Shown piece after piece: positions 35,694 through 47,357 of a stretch of DNA of 64,000 nt; the first letter of the stretch is position 1; every line of letters begins with the position of its first letter. Origin of the DNA: Clostridium sp. CAG:1000 (GTDB lineage Bacteria; Bacillota_I; Bacilli_A; RF39; UBA660); assembly GCA_000436975.1 (NCBI GenBank), contig HG000345.1, forward strand, positions 3,518-67,517. Reading direction: 5' to 3'. The position numbers and the translations under genes were made by a program. The notes beneath the pieces are model-generated. The model saw only the letters and a program-made list of their open reading frames with translations, was not told the origin of the DNA and searched no databases.

Positions 35694-35851
35694 TTTTTTC
35701 TCCTGATGTTCTCTTATACTTAATATTATAAAAAAAATATATATATTCAATATTTTATACTTTAATTTGTAAAACTTATTATAATATCCAACTTTTTTTG
35801 ATATAATGTTAATTAGACAAAATACAAATAATATTTTAGGAGCTGATATAA

Positions 35852-36553
35852 ATGGCTTTTATAGAATTCAAAAATGTTAATAAAATATACAAAATGGGTG
35901 AAATTGAAATAAATGCTTTAAGAGACACTTCCTTTGAAATTGAAAAAGGTGAACTTGTTTGTATACTTGGACCATCTGGTGCTGGTAAGACAACATGTTT
36001 GAATATTTTAGGTGGAATGGATAGACTAACAAGTGGTTCAGTAATAGTCGACAACGTTAGAATCGATAAATTAAATGAAAAAGAACTTATAAAATATAGA
36101 AGGAATGATATTGGATTTGTTTTTCAATTTTATAATTTAATTCAAAATATGAATGTTCTTGAAAATGTTGAACTTGCTACACAATTATGTAAAAATTCAT
36201 TAAATCCGAATGAAATATTAAATAAAGTGGGTTTAAAGATGAGGACAAACAATTTTCCAGCACAACTATCTGGTGGTGAACAACAAAGAGTTGCAATTGC
36301 AAGAGCAATATGTAAAAATCCGAAATTATTGCTGTGTGATGAACCAACAGGCGCATTAGACTATCAAACTGGAAAGCAAATATTAAAGCTGTTGCAAGAT
36401 ACATGTAGAAATGAAAAAATGACAATAATAATAATTACACATAATTCTGCAATTAGTCCAATGGCTGATAAAATAATTAAATTCAAAAATGGTTCAGTAA
36501 GCAATGTTATTATAAATGAAAATCCAACCAATATAGAGGATATTGAGTGGTAA
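35852..36553 (+). CDS. ABC transporter ATP-binding protein (MacB/LolD-type)
   Basis: Walker [10 protein letters not shown], signature LSGGEQQR, Walker B LLLCDEPT. Confidence 0.9.
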   Translation: MAFIEFKNVNKIYKMGEIEINALRDTSFEIEKGELVCILGPSGAGKTTCLNILGGMDRLTSGSVIVDNVRIDKLNEKELIKYRRNDIGFVFQFYNLIQNMNVLENVELATQLCKNSLNPNEILNKVGLKMRTNNFPAQLSGGEQQRVAIARAICKNPKLLLCDEPTGALDYQTGKQILKLLQDTCRNEKMTIIIITHNSAISPMADKIIKFKNGSVSNVIINENPTNIEDIEW

Positions 36554-36554
36554 T

Positions 36555-39017
36555 ATGAAAAGCATGTTAATTAAACATATCTTTATGAAAATTAAAGATA
36601 ATTATAAAAGATTTTTATCATTATTATCTATGGCACTTCTTGGCGTAGGATTTTATGCTGGAATTCAAGCATGCAGCCCTGATATGTTAGAAACATTAGA
36701 TGACTTTTATGATAAAAATAATGTTTTTGATATAGAAATAGTTTCAAACCTTGGATTAACAGATAATGACGTAAAAGCCTTATCAAATATTAATAACATA
36801 GATAAAATCATCGGAATATATTCTAAAGATGAATATTTGAACACAATTAATGAGCAATATGTAATAAGATTAATTGGTCTAAGCAACAATATTAATAACG
36901 TTTATTTAGAAGAAGGAAGACTTCCTAAAAATAATAATGAAATAGTTGTTGAAAAAGCATTGTTAAAAGACAATAACATAAAAATTAATGACAACATTAT
37001 TATTAATAATGTGAATTATAAAATAGTTGGAACAGTATTAAGCCCTTTATACTTCTCTACAGAAAAGCCAACAACGACTTTAGGAAGTGGAAAAGTAGAT
37101 TACTATGCATATACACTAGATGGTAATATTAAAAACGATGTATATACAAATATATATATCACTGTATCAAATGCGAAAGACGAATTAACAAATAGCAATA
37201 AATATAAATCATTAATAGAAAATGTTAAAAATGATATTGATAAAATTAAAGAATCAAGAGAAAAAATTAGATATAATGAACTTTATGACGATATTATACA
37301 AAATAGTAATAAATATGGAATTGAAATTGACAAATCTAAACTAATAGAACCAAAATGGTATATTTTAAATCGACTTGATAATGAATCTTATAAAGAATTA
37401 ATAAATGCAAGTGACAATATTAAAAAATTAGGCAATGTTTTCCCATTAATATTTTTTGCTATCTCTATATTGATAAGTCTTATTTCAATGATGAGAATGA
37501 TTGAAGAAGATAGAACTGAGAACGGAACTTTAAAATCTCTTGGTTATAACAATTTTGAAATCACCTTAAAATATATAATATATTCATTATTAGCAACAAC
37601 TATAGGCGGAACATTAGGCGTATTTATTGGTTCGTATTTGATTCCTTATGTTATATGGAATATATATAAAAAACTATTTCTTATTCCTACATTCATATAT
37701 GCAATTAATAGTTTTTCTAATGCACTTGGCTTGTTGATATGCATATTATGTATATGTGGTACAGCAATATTCGTATGTATTCATGAATTAAAAGATGTCC
37801 CTGCTAATTTAATGAGACCAAAAAATCCAAAAAGTGGTAAAAAAATAGCTTTAGAAAAAATATCGATTATTTGGAAAAAACTAAAATTTTCAGACAAAAT
37901 TACTATTAGAAATATTTTTAGATATAAAACAAGGGTATTTACAACTATTTTCGGTATTGCAGGATGTACAGCACTTATTTTGGCTGGCTTTGGATTAAAA
38001 GACTCAATTAAAAATGTAACTAATTATCAATTTAATACTATATTTAAATTTGATAAAATATTAATGATAAATGAAAATGCTAACTATGATATTATAAAAA
38101 GCAATTTATTGAATAATAACAATATAAATAAAATAGTCGAAGTTAACATGCAAAATATAAAAGTATCAAACAATAATGAAAGACAAGATACAACTTTAAT
38201 AGTACCAGATAACTTAAAACAATTAGAAAGCGTTATTTCACTTATTAATATTGATAATCAAGAAAAAATTACCAACATTGAAAAAAACACTTGTGTCATA
38301 AGTGAAAAAACAGCAAAATTATTGAACCTTAAAGTTCAAGACTCAATAACTATATTAGATAATGAAAACAATGAAAAAAAATTAAAAATATCTTATATTA
38401 CAAAAAACTATATCAATCAATACATTTATATAACAAAAGATACATATAACAATTTATTTAAAAATTATTCTATCAATTCAATTCTAGTAGATTTAAACAA
38501 AACAAACATTAAAGATAGCAATAACTTTGATAAAGAATATATAAATAATAATTATGTAACCACTATTGTTAATAATAAAGATATTGAAAATTATATGAAT
38601 GATATGTTATCATCAATTAATTCAATTGTAGCAATTTTGATTATTGCCGCTACAGCACTTGCATTCGTTGTCTTGTATAATCTTTCAAATATTAATATTA
38701 GTGAAAGAAAACGTGAAATTGCAACTCTTAAAGTACTAGGCTTTTATCCAAAAGAAGTTGATAAATATATAAACAATGAAACGATTATATTAACTACCAT
38801 AGGTATTTGCTTAGGACTTATCTTCGGTTCATATTTAAGTCATTTCATTATCTCAACATGTGAACCAGATTATATAACATTTGATAGACAAGTATATACA
38901 TTAAGTTATATTTATTCGGCATTAATAACTATTATGTTTACTTTTATTGTAAATATTGTAACTCATTTTAATTTAAAAAAGATTAATATGATTACTTCAT
39001 TAAAAAATGTAGAATGA
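36555..39017 (+). CDS. ABC transporter permease with two FtsX-like domains (MacB-type)
   Basis: ~820 aa with two 4-TM FtsX-like blocks separated by large extracytoplasmic segments. It is adjacent to the ATPase gene. Confidence 0.8.
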   Translation: MKSMLIKHIFMKIKDNYKRFLSLLSMALLGVGFYAGIQACSPDMLETLDDFYDKNNVFDIEIVSNLGLTDNDVKALSNINNIDKIIGIYSKDEYLNTINEQYVIRLIGLSNNINNVYLEEGRLPKNNNEIVVEKALLKDNNIKINDNIIINNVNYKIVGTVLSPLYFSTEKPTTTLGSGKVDYYAYTLDGNIKNDVYTNIYITVSNAKDELTNSNKYKSLIENVKNDIDKIKESREKIRYNELYDDIIQNSNKYGIEIDKSKLIEPKWYILNRLDNESYKELINASDNIKKLGNVFPLIFFAISILISLISMMRMIEEDRTENGTLKSLGYNNFEITLKYIIYSLLATTIGGTLGVFIGSYLIPYVIWNIYKKLFLIPTFIYAINSFSNALGLLICILCICGTAIFVCIHELKDVPANLMRPKNPKSGKKIALEKISIIWKKLKFSDKITIRNIFRYKTRVFTTIFGIAGCTALILAGFGLKDSIKNVTNYQFNTIFKFDKILMINENANYDIIKSNLLNNNNINKIVEVNMQNIKVSNNNERQDTTLIVPDNLKQLESVISLINIDNQEKITNIEKNTCVISEKTAKLLNLKVQDSITILDNENNEKKLKISYITKNYINQYIYITKDTYNNLFKNYSINSILVDLNKTNIKDSNNFDKEYINNNYVTTIVNNKDIENYMNDMLSSINSIVAILIIAATALAFVVLYNLSNINISERKREIATLKVLGFYPKEVDKYINNETIILTTIGICLGLIFGSYLSHFIISTCEPDYITFDRQVYTLSYIYSALITIMFTFIVNIVTHFNLKKINMITSLKNVE

Positions 39018-39028
39018 TATGTATTAAT

Positions 39029-39346
39029 TTATTTTCTATTCATTTTATCATATAATTTATACAAACACTGTACACCATTTTCTAAATAATAATAATGGAT
39101 TATATAAAATATCAAACATATTAATAATATTATATTCACAAAAATAAAAGCAAAATGGTATTTAATCATATATACACTCAAAAAAACTAATATTGAAAAT
39201 GATAAAGTTACTATTAAATGTACCAATCTTTCATGTTGAAAAAAATTAATTTTTATCAAAATTTCTTCTTTTAATTCTTTTACATCTTTCTTATTATTAA
39301 GTTTATCACTTACTTCATTAATATATTCATATAAATATCGTTTCAT
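39029..39346 (-). CDS. hypothetical membrane protein
   Basis: Two hydrophobic helices. The start was trimmed to MKRYLYEY, which follows AGGAGAG. Confidence 0.5.
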   Translation of the reverse strand: MKRYLYEYINEVSDKLNNKKDVKELKEEILIKINFFQHERLVHLIVTLSFSILVFLSVYMIKYHFAFIFVNIILLICLIFYIIHYYYLENGVQCLYKLYDKMNRK

Positions 39347-39451
39347 ATTCTCTCCTATTCTATAATCATACATAAATACATTATATCTAAAAAATATTAA
39401 ATTGACAATTAATATTACTATGTTATAATATTGAGAACAAGGAGGAATCTT

Positions 39452-39772
39452 ATGTTAAAACAAACCATTAAATTAAATGATAATACCAAATTAGTTTTAA
39501 CATGTTCATATAATGATATGAATGATGTTATAATTAATGCAATGGTTAGTTATAGAACACACGAACAATATGATCTAGGATATGTTATCGCTAAAAGCAA
39601 TTCAAATATGTGCGAAACTGGATATTTCTTTTGGGATGATAAACATATATATTTATGTGATGATGACAATAATTGCTATGAAATGTTTAATTTTATAGAA
39701 AAACAATACATAAAAAATATCTATCTTTCACAAAACACTTTCAAAAAAAGAATTCTAACAAATAAAAATTAA
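39452..39772 (+). CDS. hypothetical protein
   Basis: ATG at 39452 follows AAGGAGG. Confidence 0.5.
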   Translation: MLKQTIKLNDNTKLVLTCSYNDMNDVIINAMVSYRTHEQYDLGYVIAKSNSNMCETGYFFWDDKHIYLCDDDNNCYEMFNFIEKQYIKNIYLSQNTFKKRILTNKN

Positions 39773-39791
39773 GTTCTACAACTTAATTTTT

Positions 39792-40085
39792 TTATTTGAC
39801 ATTAGACCAAATTAATTTCTTATTAAATAGCCAAAATTCCCCACCATATATTGAACTGGGCTCAAAATTTTCTTTAGTTTGAGGCTCTCTTGTAAGATAT
39901 CTCATAGAATAAAATATTCCATCATATCTAACATAACTATCTGTATATTCCTCATTTATTGTAATAATTGGCTTTGTATTATATTGTTCTTCCTTCAAAC
40001 GAGAAGAATCCATAACAATTAAAACAACAACAGCAAATACTATTATCATAAATACTTCTAAAAATTTTTTCATATCATTCACCAT
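39792..40085 (-). CDS. hypothetical signal-anchored small protein
   Basis: N-terminal hydrophobic helix. Confidence 0.45.
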   Translation of the reverse strand: MVNDMKKFLEVFMIIVFAVVVLIVMDSSRLKEEQYNTKPIITINEEYTDSYVRYDGIFYSMRYLTREPQTKENFEPSSIYGGEFWLFNKKLIWSNVK

Positions 40086-40145
40086 TCCAATTTTAACATA
40101 TTTATTTTTAATATATATGTATACTTAATTTTTTTTACATTTACT

Positions 40146-40445
40146 TTACTTATCTATATGATCTACAAATGATTCGGCCGCATCATTAATAAGTTCATCA
40201 AATGTTTTATCTTTTAATTTACTTTTATCGTATCTAGTTTTCTTTGGAATAACACTTTCTTCTTTCTTTACAGTTTTATACGAAAGACCTGTTCCTGGAA
40301 GTGAAAGAGTTTTCTCAGTTTTACCTTTTGCTGTTTTGCCTATTCTAAATCCTTTAACTCCAAAGCTATATCCAATTCCCGATTTGCTTAAATTAATTTT
40401 AAAATGTTTTCCAATATTAAATGACTTTTTAAATCTAAATCCCAT
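40146..40445 (-). CDS. DUF4236-like protein
   Basis: N-terminal pattern MGFRFKKSFNIGKHFKINLSKSGIGYSFGVKGFRIG. Confidence 0.55.
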   Translation of the reverse strand: MGFRFKKSFNIGKHFKINLSKSGIGYSFGVKGFRIGKTAKGKTEKTLSLPGTGLSYKTVKKEESVIPKKTRYDKSKLKDKTFDELINDAAESFVDHIDK

Positions 40446-40453
40446 AATTACTC

Positions 40454-40885
40454 CTACTTTTTCTTTAACAAATCTCTTATTTCACTTAGTAAAATTACTT
40501 CCTCACTCTTTTTAGGTTCTTCTGTTTTCTCTTCTTTGTGTCGTTCTAACTTATTAAAAAGTTTAACCAATATAAATACACAAAACGCTATTATTAAAAA
40601 GTTAATAATATTTTGTATAAACATACCATATTTAAGATTTGATTCACCCACTTTAATAGATAAGTTACTAAAATCATACCCACCTATTATCACACCAATC
40701 AAAGGCATTAAAATGTCATCAACTAGCGAAGATACTATCTTACTAAAAGCACCACCTATTACTACACCTACCGCCAAATCAATAACACTGCCTCTTTTTA
40801 TAAATTCTTTAAACTCATTTATAAGTCCTTTTGATTTCCCTTCCATTTCTTTTAATTTTTTATTATTAATTTCTATTTTTTTCAT
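40454..40885 (-). CDS. mscL: large-conductance mechanosensitive channel
   Basis: Contains FKEFIKRGSVIDLAVGVVIGGAF...LMPLIG. The exact start is uncertain. Confidence 0.9.
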   Translation of the reverse strand: MKKIEINNKKLKEMEGKSKGLINEFKEFIKRGSVIDLAVGVVIGGAFSKIVSSLVDDILMPLIGVIIGGYDFSNLSIKVGESNLKYGMFIQNIINFLIIAFCVFILVKLFNKLERHKEEKTEEPKKSEEVILLSEIRDLLKKK

Positions 40886-40930
40886 ACTATCACCAAATTA
40901 ATTATATCAAAAATTATAAATTTATTATAG

Positions 40931-41770
40931 TCAAATTATTAATATATACGTTCCTGCTACAATTAATATAAGTCCAATAATAGATCTCTTAGTCATTCTT
41001 TCTTTTAGCAATATATAAGATAAACCTATACTTACAACGACACTTAATTTTTCGATTGGGAAAACAATGCTTGCTTCCCCTTCTTTAAGAGCATTAAAAT
41101 AATATATCCAAGATAAACTCGTTGTAATACCAGATAATATTAAATATAACCATGATTTCTTATTTATAGATTTTATATGTTTTTGTTTTTTCTTTAATAA
41201 AACTATAAGCCACATAAATATAAAAACAAATATGGTTCTATATAAATTTCCTAAATTTGGTTCAATATCTCTTAAACCTATTTTACTAATTATCGCAGAT
41301 ACACTTGTGAATATTGCAGTTAAGATAGCATACTTTATCCATCTTTTATTGTTAGAATGCTCTTCTTTATTCACCATTAAAAATGCTCCAGATATTATTA
41401 AAATACTAGATATAATTTTTATAACAGTTATTTTCTCATTCAAAAATATACAAGACAGTATTAGTGTTAAAACAATACTGGTCTTATCAACTGGCGTAAC
41501 TTCATTGACATTACCTAAATCAAGTGCTTTAAAATAATTTAACCAAAGTAAAGTAGTAGATACACCAGATAATATAAGAAATGTAATTGTTTTAAAATTT
41601 ACCTTATCAAATGAACTAAAAAGTATAACTATAAGAAAAGACATTAGTAATACAACTGTTGTTCTAATAGAACTGCCCAGTATAGAGTCAACATTTTTAA
41701 CGCCTTTTTTCGCACAAATAGTTGTTAATCCGGAAAAAAGAGCCGAAAGCAATGCAAAAACTATCCACAT
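40931..41770 (-). CDS. EamA/DMT-family transporter
   Basis: Ten hydrophobic segments arranged as two EamA-like repeats. Confidence 0.7.
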   Translation of the reverse strand: MWIVFALLSALFSGLTTICAKKGVKNVDSILGSSIRTTVVLLMSFLIVILFSSFDKVNFKTITFLILSGVSTTLLWLNYFKALDLGNVNEVTPVDKTSIVLTLILSCIFLNEKITVIKIISSILIISGAFLMVNKEEHSNNKRWIKYAILTAIFTSVSAIISKIGLRDIEPNLGNLYRTIFVFIFMWLIVLLKKKQKHIKSINKKSWLYLILSGITTSLSWIYYFNALKEGEASIVFPIEKLSVVVSIGLSYILLKERMTKRSIIGLILIVAGTYILII

Positions 41771-41878
41771 ATTATTCACCAATAATATTATGTTTAATTT
41801 ACTATAATTTTACACTTAAATTTTATTATTGATATAATAAATACAATTAAATGATATAATTATCTCAAGGAGGAACTT

Positions 41879-43237
41879 ATGTTAAAATACGAAAGTGATT
41901 CAAGAAAAGTACAAAAAGGACAAATATTTGTTGCTTTGAATGGCCTAACTGTAGATGGACATGATTTTATTCCGTCTGCTACTGAAAAAGGAGCTAGTAA
42001 AATTATTTGTGATAGAAAGATTGACTATGATATTCCATATGAAATAGTTCAGGATACAGATAAATATTTAAAAGAAGCGTTAAAGAAAGAATATGGCACT
42101 ATAATTAATAAACTTAAATTAATTGGTGTTACAGGCACAAATGGTAAAACAACAAGTTGTTACTTAACATACCAAATGTTGAATATGTTAGGATTAAATA
42201 CAGCTTATATTGGAACTATAGGTTACTATCATAAAGATGATTATATTTCTCTTAATAATACTACTCCAGATATATTGACCATATATAAATTATTGGTTAA
42301 TGCATATGAAAATGGGGCTGAATGTGTTGTTATGGAAGTAAGTTCACAAGCTCTATCATATGATAGATTATCAGGCATAGACTATTCATTAATAGCATTT
42401 ACTAATTTAACTGAAGATCATCTTGATTATCATAAAACAATGAAAAATTATCTTAATGCTAAACTATTAATATTAGATCATTTAAAGGAAAATGCAAAAA
42501 TAATAGTTAATAAAGATGATGAATATTCAAAATATTTTAATAAAAAAGGATATGAAAGATACACCCTTGGTATTAATGGTGACTATAATATTAAAGAATA
42601 TGAAACTTATCCAAACAAAACAAATATAATATTTAGTTATAACAAGAACGAGTATAAAACAACTATTCCATTAACAAGTAAATTTAATATATATAATTAT
42701 CTAACTTGTTTAGCAATATGTAATCAATTAGGTTTTAAAATAGATGATATATTAAATAAGACAAAATATATAAAAGCACCAAAAGGAAGATGCGAAGCAT
42801 ATGAGGTAAATAATGGCTTTGCTGTAATAGACTATGCTCATACACCTGATGCTGAAGAAAAAGTTATAAACGCTTATAATGAATTAAAAAAGAATAGAGT
42901 TATCACTATAATAGGTTGTGGTGGAGATAGAGATCCCAAAAAAAGACCAATAATGGGTAAAATTGCAACTAATTTATCAGATTATGTAATATTCACAAAT
43001 GATAACCCTAGAACTGAAAAACCAGAAAATATTATGAAAGATATACTAAGTGGAGTTACTAAAAATAATTATGAAGTTATTTTAGATAGAAAAGAAGCTA
43101 TAAAAAAAGGAATAGATATTATGGAAAAAAATGATATTCTTCTAATATTAGGAAAAGGTCACGAAAACTATCAAATAATTGGAAAAACAAAATATCATTT
43201 AGATGATGCAGAAGAGGTATTAAATTATAAAAAGTAA
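41879..43237 (+). CDS. murE: UDP-N-acetylmuramoyl-L-alanyl-D-glutamate--2,6-diaminopimelate ligase
   Basis: Contains GVTGTNGKTT and the Mur ligase domains. A DNPR motif (TNDNPRT) suggests DAP specificity. Confidence 0.85.
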   Translation: MLKYESDSRKVQKGQIFVALNGLTVDGHDFIPSATEKGASKIICDRKIDYDIPYEIVQDTDKYLKEALKKEYGTIINKLKLIGVTGTNGKTTSCYLTYQMLNMLGLNTAYIGTIGYYHKDDYISLNNTTPDILTIYKLLVNAYENGAECVVMEVSSQALSYDRLSGIDYSLIAFTNLTEDHLDYHKTMKNYLNAKLLILDHLKENAKIIVNKDDEYSKYFNKKGYERYTLGINGDYNIKEYETYPNKTNIIFSYNKNEYKTTIPLTSKFNIYNYLTCLAICNQLGFKIDDILNKTKYIKAPKGRCEAYEVNNGFAVIDYAHTPDAEEKVINAYNELKKNRVITIIGCGGDRDPKKRPIMGKIATNLSDYVIFTNDNPRTEKPENIMKDILSGVTKNNYEVILDRKEAIKKGIDIMEKNDILLILGKGHENYQIIGKTKYHLDDAEEVLNYKK

Positions 43238-43510
43238 TACCTTTTTTTATATATAAAAAGAACACATTTGATCATGTGTTCTTAAAAGTTTATTATAAGC
43301 AGTAAGGTAGGAATATTTACATATATTCACATTTATTAATTTATTCATTTTTAGTAAAATGTTTTCAAGTTCACATTTTATTTTCTATAGGCATCTCTCC
43401 TTTCATATTTATAAGTATAGACGAAAAATGTTAAAATTTTGTGAACAAAAAGTCAAAATTAAAGAAAAAAGTCAAAATTATATGATATAATTCTAATAGT
43501 AGGTGGTAGT

Positions 43511-44386
43511 ATGAATAAAAAAGTAAAATTTATTTTGTTAGGTCTGTGTACATTATTGGTTGGTTCATTGTTTTTATTTAACATGGATGGAATCAAAGCT
43601 GATAGTGGATGGGATGTAGACTTCGATACTGGAGGTTCAAGTTGGGGAGGAAGTTCTGACTGGGGAAGTTCTGACTGGGATCACGATTATTCTCATTCAA
43701 GTTCGGGTGTATCGGGAAGTGGTTCTAGCTTTGCAATAGTGTTCACTATAATAGTAATTGTAATAATTATTTATGCCGCATCAAAAGCAAACGGTACATC
43801 CATATCAAGATACATTCCAAATTATACATATTCTCCTATAGATGAGGAATACATCAAAAAATACATTGATGACTTTAATAAACAAAAATTCTTAGATGAT
43901 GCATATCAAATGTATTTAGACACACAAAAAGCATGGAGTAATTTTGATACTAAGTCATTAAGAAATCTATTATCAGACGAACTTTTTAACACATATAATA
44001 TGCAATTAAAAGCATTAAAAGCCAAGAAACAAAAGAATATAATGAGCGACTTTGCTCTTGAAAAAATTGATACAATTGGAATAAATGTATCAAATGATAA
44101 AGTTACTATGAAAGTTATGTTAGCTGTTAGTTTCTATGATTATGTTGTTGATGCAAATAACAAAGTATTAAGGGGAAACAAAAATCACAAAGTATCAGTT
44201 ACATATGAATTAACATTTATAAGCACAATAAATAAGAAGGAAACTAAAAATTGTCCAAGCTGTGGTGCTCCAATAAGCAAAGGTCATGCATCTAACGTTT
44301 GTGAATATTGTGGAAGTACTCTTGTTAAAAACACATATAACTGGGTACTAGCTAAAAAAGAAAATAAAAGACAGGAGTATAAATGA
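43511..44386 (+). CDS. membrane protein with Trp/Ser/Asp-rich ectodomain, Tim44-like domain and C-terminal zinc ribbon
   Basis: Signal/TM segment, then GGSSWGGSSDWGSSDWDHDY, a second TM, a Tim44-like region, and CPSCGAP...CEYCGS. Confidence 0.6.
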   Translation: MNKKVKFILLGLCTLLVGSLFLFNMDGIKADSGWDVDFDTGGSSWGGSSDWGSSDWDHDYSHSSSGVSGSGSSFAIVFTIIVIVIIIYAASKANGTSISRYIPNYTYSPIDEEYIKKYIDDFNKQKFLDDAYQMYLDTQKAWSNFDTKSLRNLLSDELFNTYNMQLKALKAKKQKNIMSDFALEKIDTIGINVSNDKVTMKVMLAVSFYDYVVDANNKVLRGNKNHKVSVTYELTFISTINKKETKNCPSCGAPISKGHASNVCEYCGSTLVKNTYNWVLAKKENKRQEYK

Positions 44387-44919
44387 TACAAGAATTAGAA
44401 AAAATAGATAAAAGTTTCTCAGAAGGAACGTTTCTTACAAAAGTAGATCATATATTTATAATGATATTAAATGGAATAATGGATAACGATATGACATCTG
44501 TTAAACATTATTTATCTAAAAATATTTATGATAAGTTATGTGGAATGACTGAAAAATATAAAAGTATGAATGCAACTAGATTATTTGATGAAATGAATGT
44601 TAGTTCAACAAAAATAACAAATATAAATATAACAGACACTGAGATATTAGTTAATGTAACTATTGAATCTAAATATATGGATTACCTAATCGATGAAAAT
44701 GGAAACTTCTTAAGTGGTGTTAATGATCATAGAATAGTTAAAAATCATAATATACTTTTTTCCAAAAAAAGAAATGCGACTAACCTTTCAGAAATAAGAA
44801 GATGTCCTAACTGTGGTGCAAGTCTTGATCTTAACGATTCTGCAGTGTGTAAATATTGTAGTCAACCTTTTGATATGAGTGATTATGATTATATAATTAA
44901 AGAAATTGACGAAATTTAA
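44383..44919 (+). CDS. soluble Tim44-like domain protein with C-terminal zinc ribbon
   Basis: ATGA overlap with the upstream gene. Zinc-ribbon motif CPNCGAS...CKYCSQ. Confidence 0.6.
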   Translation: MIQELEKIDKSFSEGTFLTKVDHIFIMILNGIMDNDMTSVKHYLSKNIYDKLCGMTEKYKSMNATRLFDEMNVSSTKITNINITDTEILVNVTIESKYMDYLIDENGNFLSGVNDHRIVKNHNILFSKKRNATNLSEIRRCPNCGASLDLNDSAVCKYCSQPFDMSDYDYIIKEIDEI

Positions 44920-44946
44920 AAACTTCACATTTGTGAAGTTTTATTT
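44918..44946. terminator. bidirectional terminator hairpin
   Basis: AAAACTTCACA/TGTGAAGTTTT lies between convergent genes and is flanked by A- and T-runs. Confidence 0.6.
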
Positions 44947-44953
44947 TGAAATA

Positions 44954-47299
44954 CTATTTCCATGTCCAGTTTCTAATCTCTGGCATATCTTCTCCATATT
45001 CACTTATATATTGTTTATGCTCTATAAGTTTATTTTTACACCACTCATTTAAAGCGCTTCTTTTATCACCTAATTGAGGCAAATATTTAAGTGCATCCAT
45101 TACTAAATGGAATCTATCTAGTTTATTTTGGACTTTCATATCAAAAGTGGTTGTAATAGTTCCCTCTTCTATATACCCATGAACATGCATACTTTTATTT
45201 GATCTCTTATATGATAACTGGTGTATTAAGTGAGGGTAACCGTGGAATGCAAAAATAATTGGTTTCTTTTTAGTAAATAGATTATCATACTCCTCATCAT
45301 CTAAACCGTGTGGGTGATTATCAGGACTAACTAATTTCATTAAATCAACCACATTAATTACTCTAATTTTAAGTTTTGGAAAGTTTTCTCTAAGAATTTT
45401 AACTGCTGCTAAAGTTTCTATGGTAGGAGTTTCTCCAGCACATGCCATAACTAAATCAGGCTCTAATCCTTCATCATTACAAGCAAATTCTAATCTACCT
45501 AAACCTTTAGTACAATGTTTAATTGCCTCATTCATATTAAACCATTGAAGTCTTGGATGTTTAGATGCAACTATAACATTAATATAATTTTTAGTTTTAA
45601 TACAATGATTAAAACAAGAAATCAATGTATTAGTATCAGGTGGCAAATATATTCTAATGGTATCTGCTTTCTTAGTCACAAGATGATTTAAGAATCCTGG
45701 ATCTTGATGTGTAAATCCATTATGGTCTTGTTGCCATACATATGATGTTAATATATAGTTTAATGATGATATTTCTTTTCTCCATGGTAATTCTTTTGTC
45801 ACTTTTAACCACTTAGCATGTTGAGACGCCATAGAGTCAATTATTCTTATAAATGCTTCATAGCTATGAATAAATCCATGTCTGCCAGTTAATAGATAAC
45901 CTTCAAGCATACCTTCGCATAAATGTTCGGACAATACTGAATCAATTACCCTACCACTAGTACTTAAATATTCATCTGTATCATATTTGATACCATTCCA
46001 TTGTCTATTGGTTGCTTCAAATACATGATTAAGCCTGTTTGATAATGCTTCATCAGGTCCAAAAATCCTAAAGTTCTTTTTATTTTCATTTAATTTGATT
46101 ATATCTCTTATGAATATTCCAAGTTGCATCATATCTTGTGCTACAACGCTACCCGGTTCTTTTACATCTAAACCATAGTCTCTAAAGTCTGGTATTTGTA
46201 ATTCTTCTAGAAGCAGTCCCCCATTAGTATGTGGATTCATACCCATTCTTAACTCTTTAGGAGGTATTAAAGCTTTTAATCCTTTTATTAATGTACCATT
46301 ACTGTCGAATAACTCTTCAGGTTTATAACTTTTTAACCATGCTTCTAATATTGGTAGATTTTCTTCATGCTCCTTATTAACAACAACAGGAACCTGATGA
46401 GATCTAAAACTACCTTCTATTAGCTTCTTTTCAACCATTTTAGGGCCAGTCCATCCCTTAGGGGTTTTTAATATTATCATTGGATAAGTTGCTCGTTTAT
46501 TTAATCTAGTTTTACTCTTTATTATTTTTATATCTGATATACATTTGTCCAAAGTTTTAGCCATCAATTCATGAATTTTATCAGTAGTTGATGCTTCAAC
46601 AATATATGGGGCCCATCCACATCCTTCAAAATATTTAACTAGTTCATCTTCAGGTATTCTTGCCAATATAGTTGGATTAGCTATTTTAAATCCATTAAGA
46701 TGCAATATTGGTAAAACGATACCATCTGTTAATGGATTAATAATTTTATTTAACTGCCATGATGCTGCTAAAGGGCCTGTTTCAGCTTCACCATCTCCAA
46801 CAACACAAGCAGCAATCATATCAGGATTATCAAGAACTGCTCCGAAAGCATGTGCAAGACTGTATCCAAGCTCTCCACCTTCATTTATGCTTCCTGGTGT
46901 TTCTGGCGCTACATGTGAGGAAATACCGCCTGGGAAACTAAATTGTTTACATAATTTTTTAAGTCCATCCAAATCCTCTGTAATATTAGGATAAATTTCA
47001 CTATAACTTCCTTCTAAATATGTATTTGCAACCATAGCCTGTCCACCATGTCCTGGACCCGATACATAAATCATATCTAATTTGTATTTTTTAATTATTC
47101 TATTTAAATGTGCATAAATAAAGTTTTGACCAGGAGCTGTACCCCAGTGCCCTACTACATTTGGTTTAATATGCTCCATAGTGAGTTTTTCTCTCAACAA
47201 TGGATTGTCTTTTAAATATAATTGTGCTACTGATAAATAATCAGTAGCTCTTACAAAAGCTTTTATATTCTCTAATTCTTTATCACTTAATGCTTTCAT
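44954..47299 (-). CDS. xfp: phosphoketolase (xylulose-5-P/fructose-6-P)
   Basis: 781 aa with the signatures [11 protein letters not shown] and EGGELGY. Confidence 0.9.
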   Translation of the reverse strand: MKALSDKELENIKAFVRATDYLSVAQLYLKDNPLLREKLTMEHIKPNVVGHWGTAPGQNFIYAHLNRIIKKYKLDMIYVSGPGHGGQAMVANTYLEGSYSEIYPNITEDLDGLKKLCKQFSFPGGISSHVAPETPGSINEGGELGYSLAHAFGAVLDNPDMIAACVVGDGEAETGPLAASWQLNKIINPLTDGIVLPILHLNGFKIANPTILARIPEDELVKYFEGCGWAPYIVEASTTDKIHELMAKTLDKCISDIKIIKSKTRLNKRATYPMIILKTPKGWTGPKMVEKKLIEGSFRSHQVPVVVNKEHEENLPILEAWLKSYKPEELFDSNGTLIKGLKALIPPKELRMGMNPHTNGGLLLEELQIPDFRDYGLDVKEPGSVVAQDMMQLGIFIRDIIKLNENKKNFRIFGPDEALSNRLNHVFEATNRQWNGIKYDTDEYLSTSGRVIDSVLSEHLCEGMLEGYLLTGRHGFIHSYEAFIRIIDSMASQHAKWLKVTKELPWRKEISSLNYILTSYVWQQDHNGFTHQDPGFLNHLVTKKADTIRIYLPPDTNTLISCFNHCIKTKNYINVIVASKHPRLQWFNMNEAIKHCTKGLGRLEFACNDEGLEPDLVMACAGETPTIETLAAVKILRENFPKLKIRVINVVDLMKLVSPDNHPHGLDDEEYDNLFTKKKPIIFAFHGYPHLIHQLSYKRSNKSMHVHGYIEEGTITTTFDMKVQNKLDRFHLVMDALKYLPQLGDKRSALNEWCKNKLIEHKQYISEYGEDMPEIRNWTWK

Positions 47300-47357
47300 T
47301 AGACCTCCTTATTATTCTAGTTATATTTTACAATATTTTGATATAAAAAAAAAGAGT

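Noticed and set aside
35836-36054. Minus-strand ORF overlapping the ABC ATPase start
   Set aside because: It is antisense to a gene with Walker motifs.
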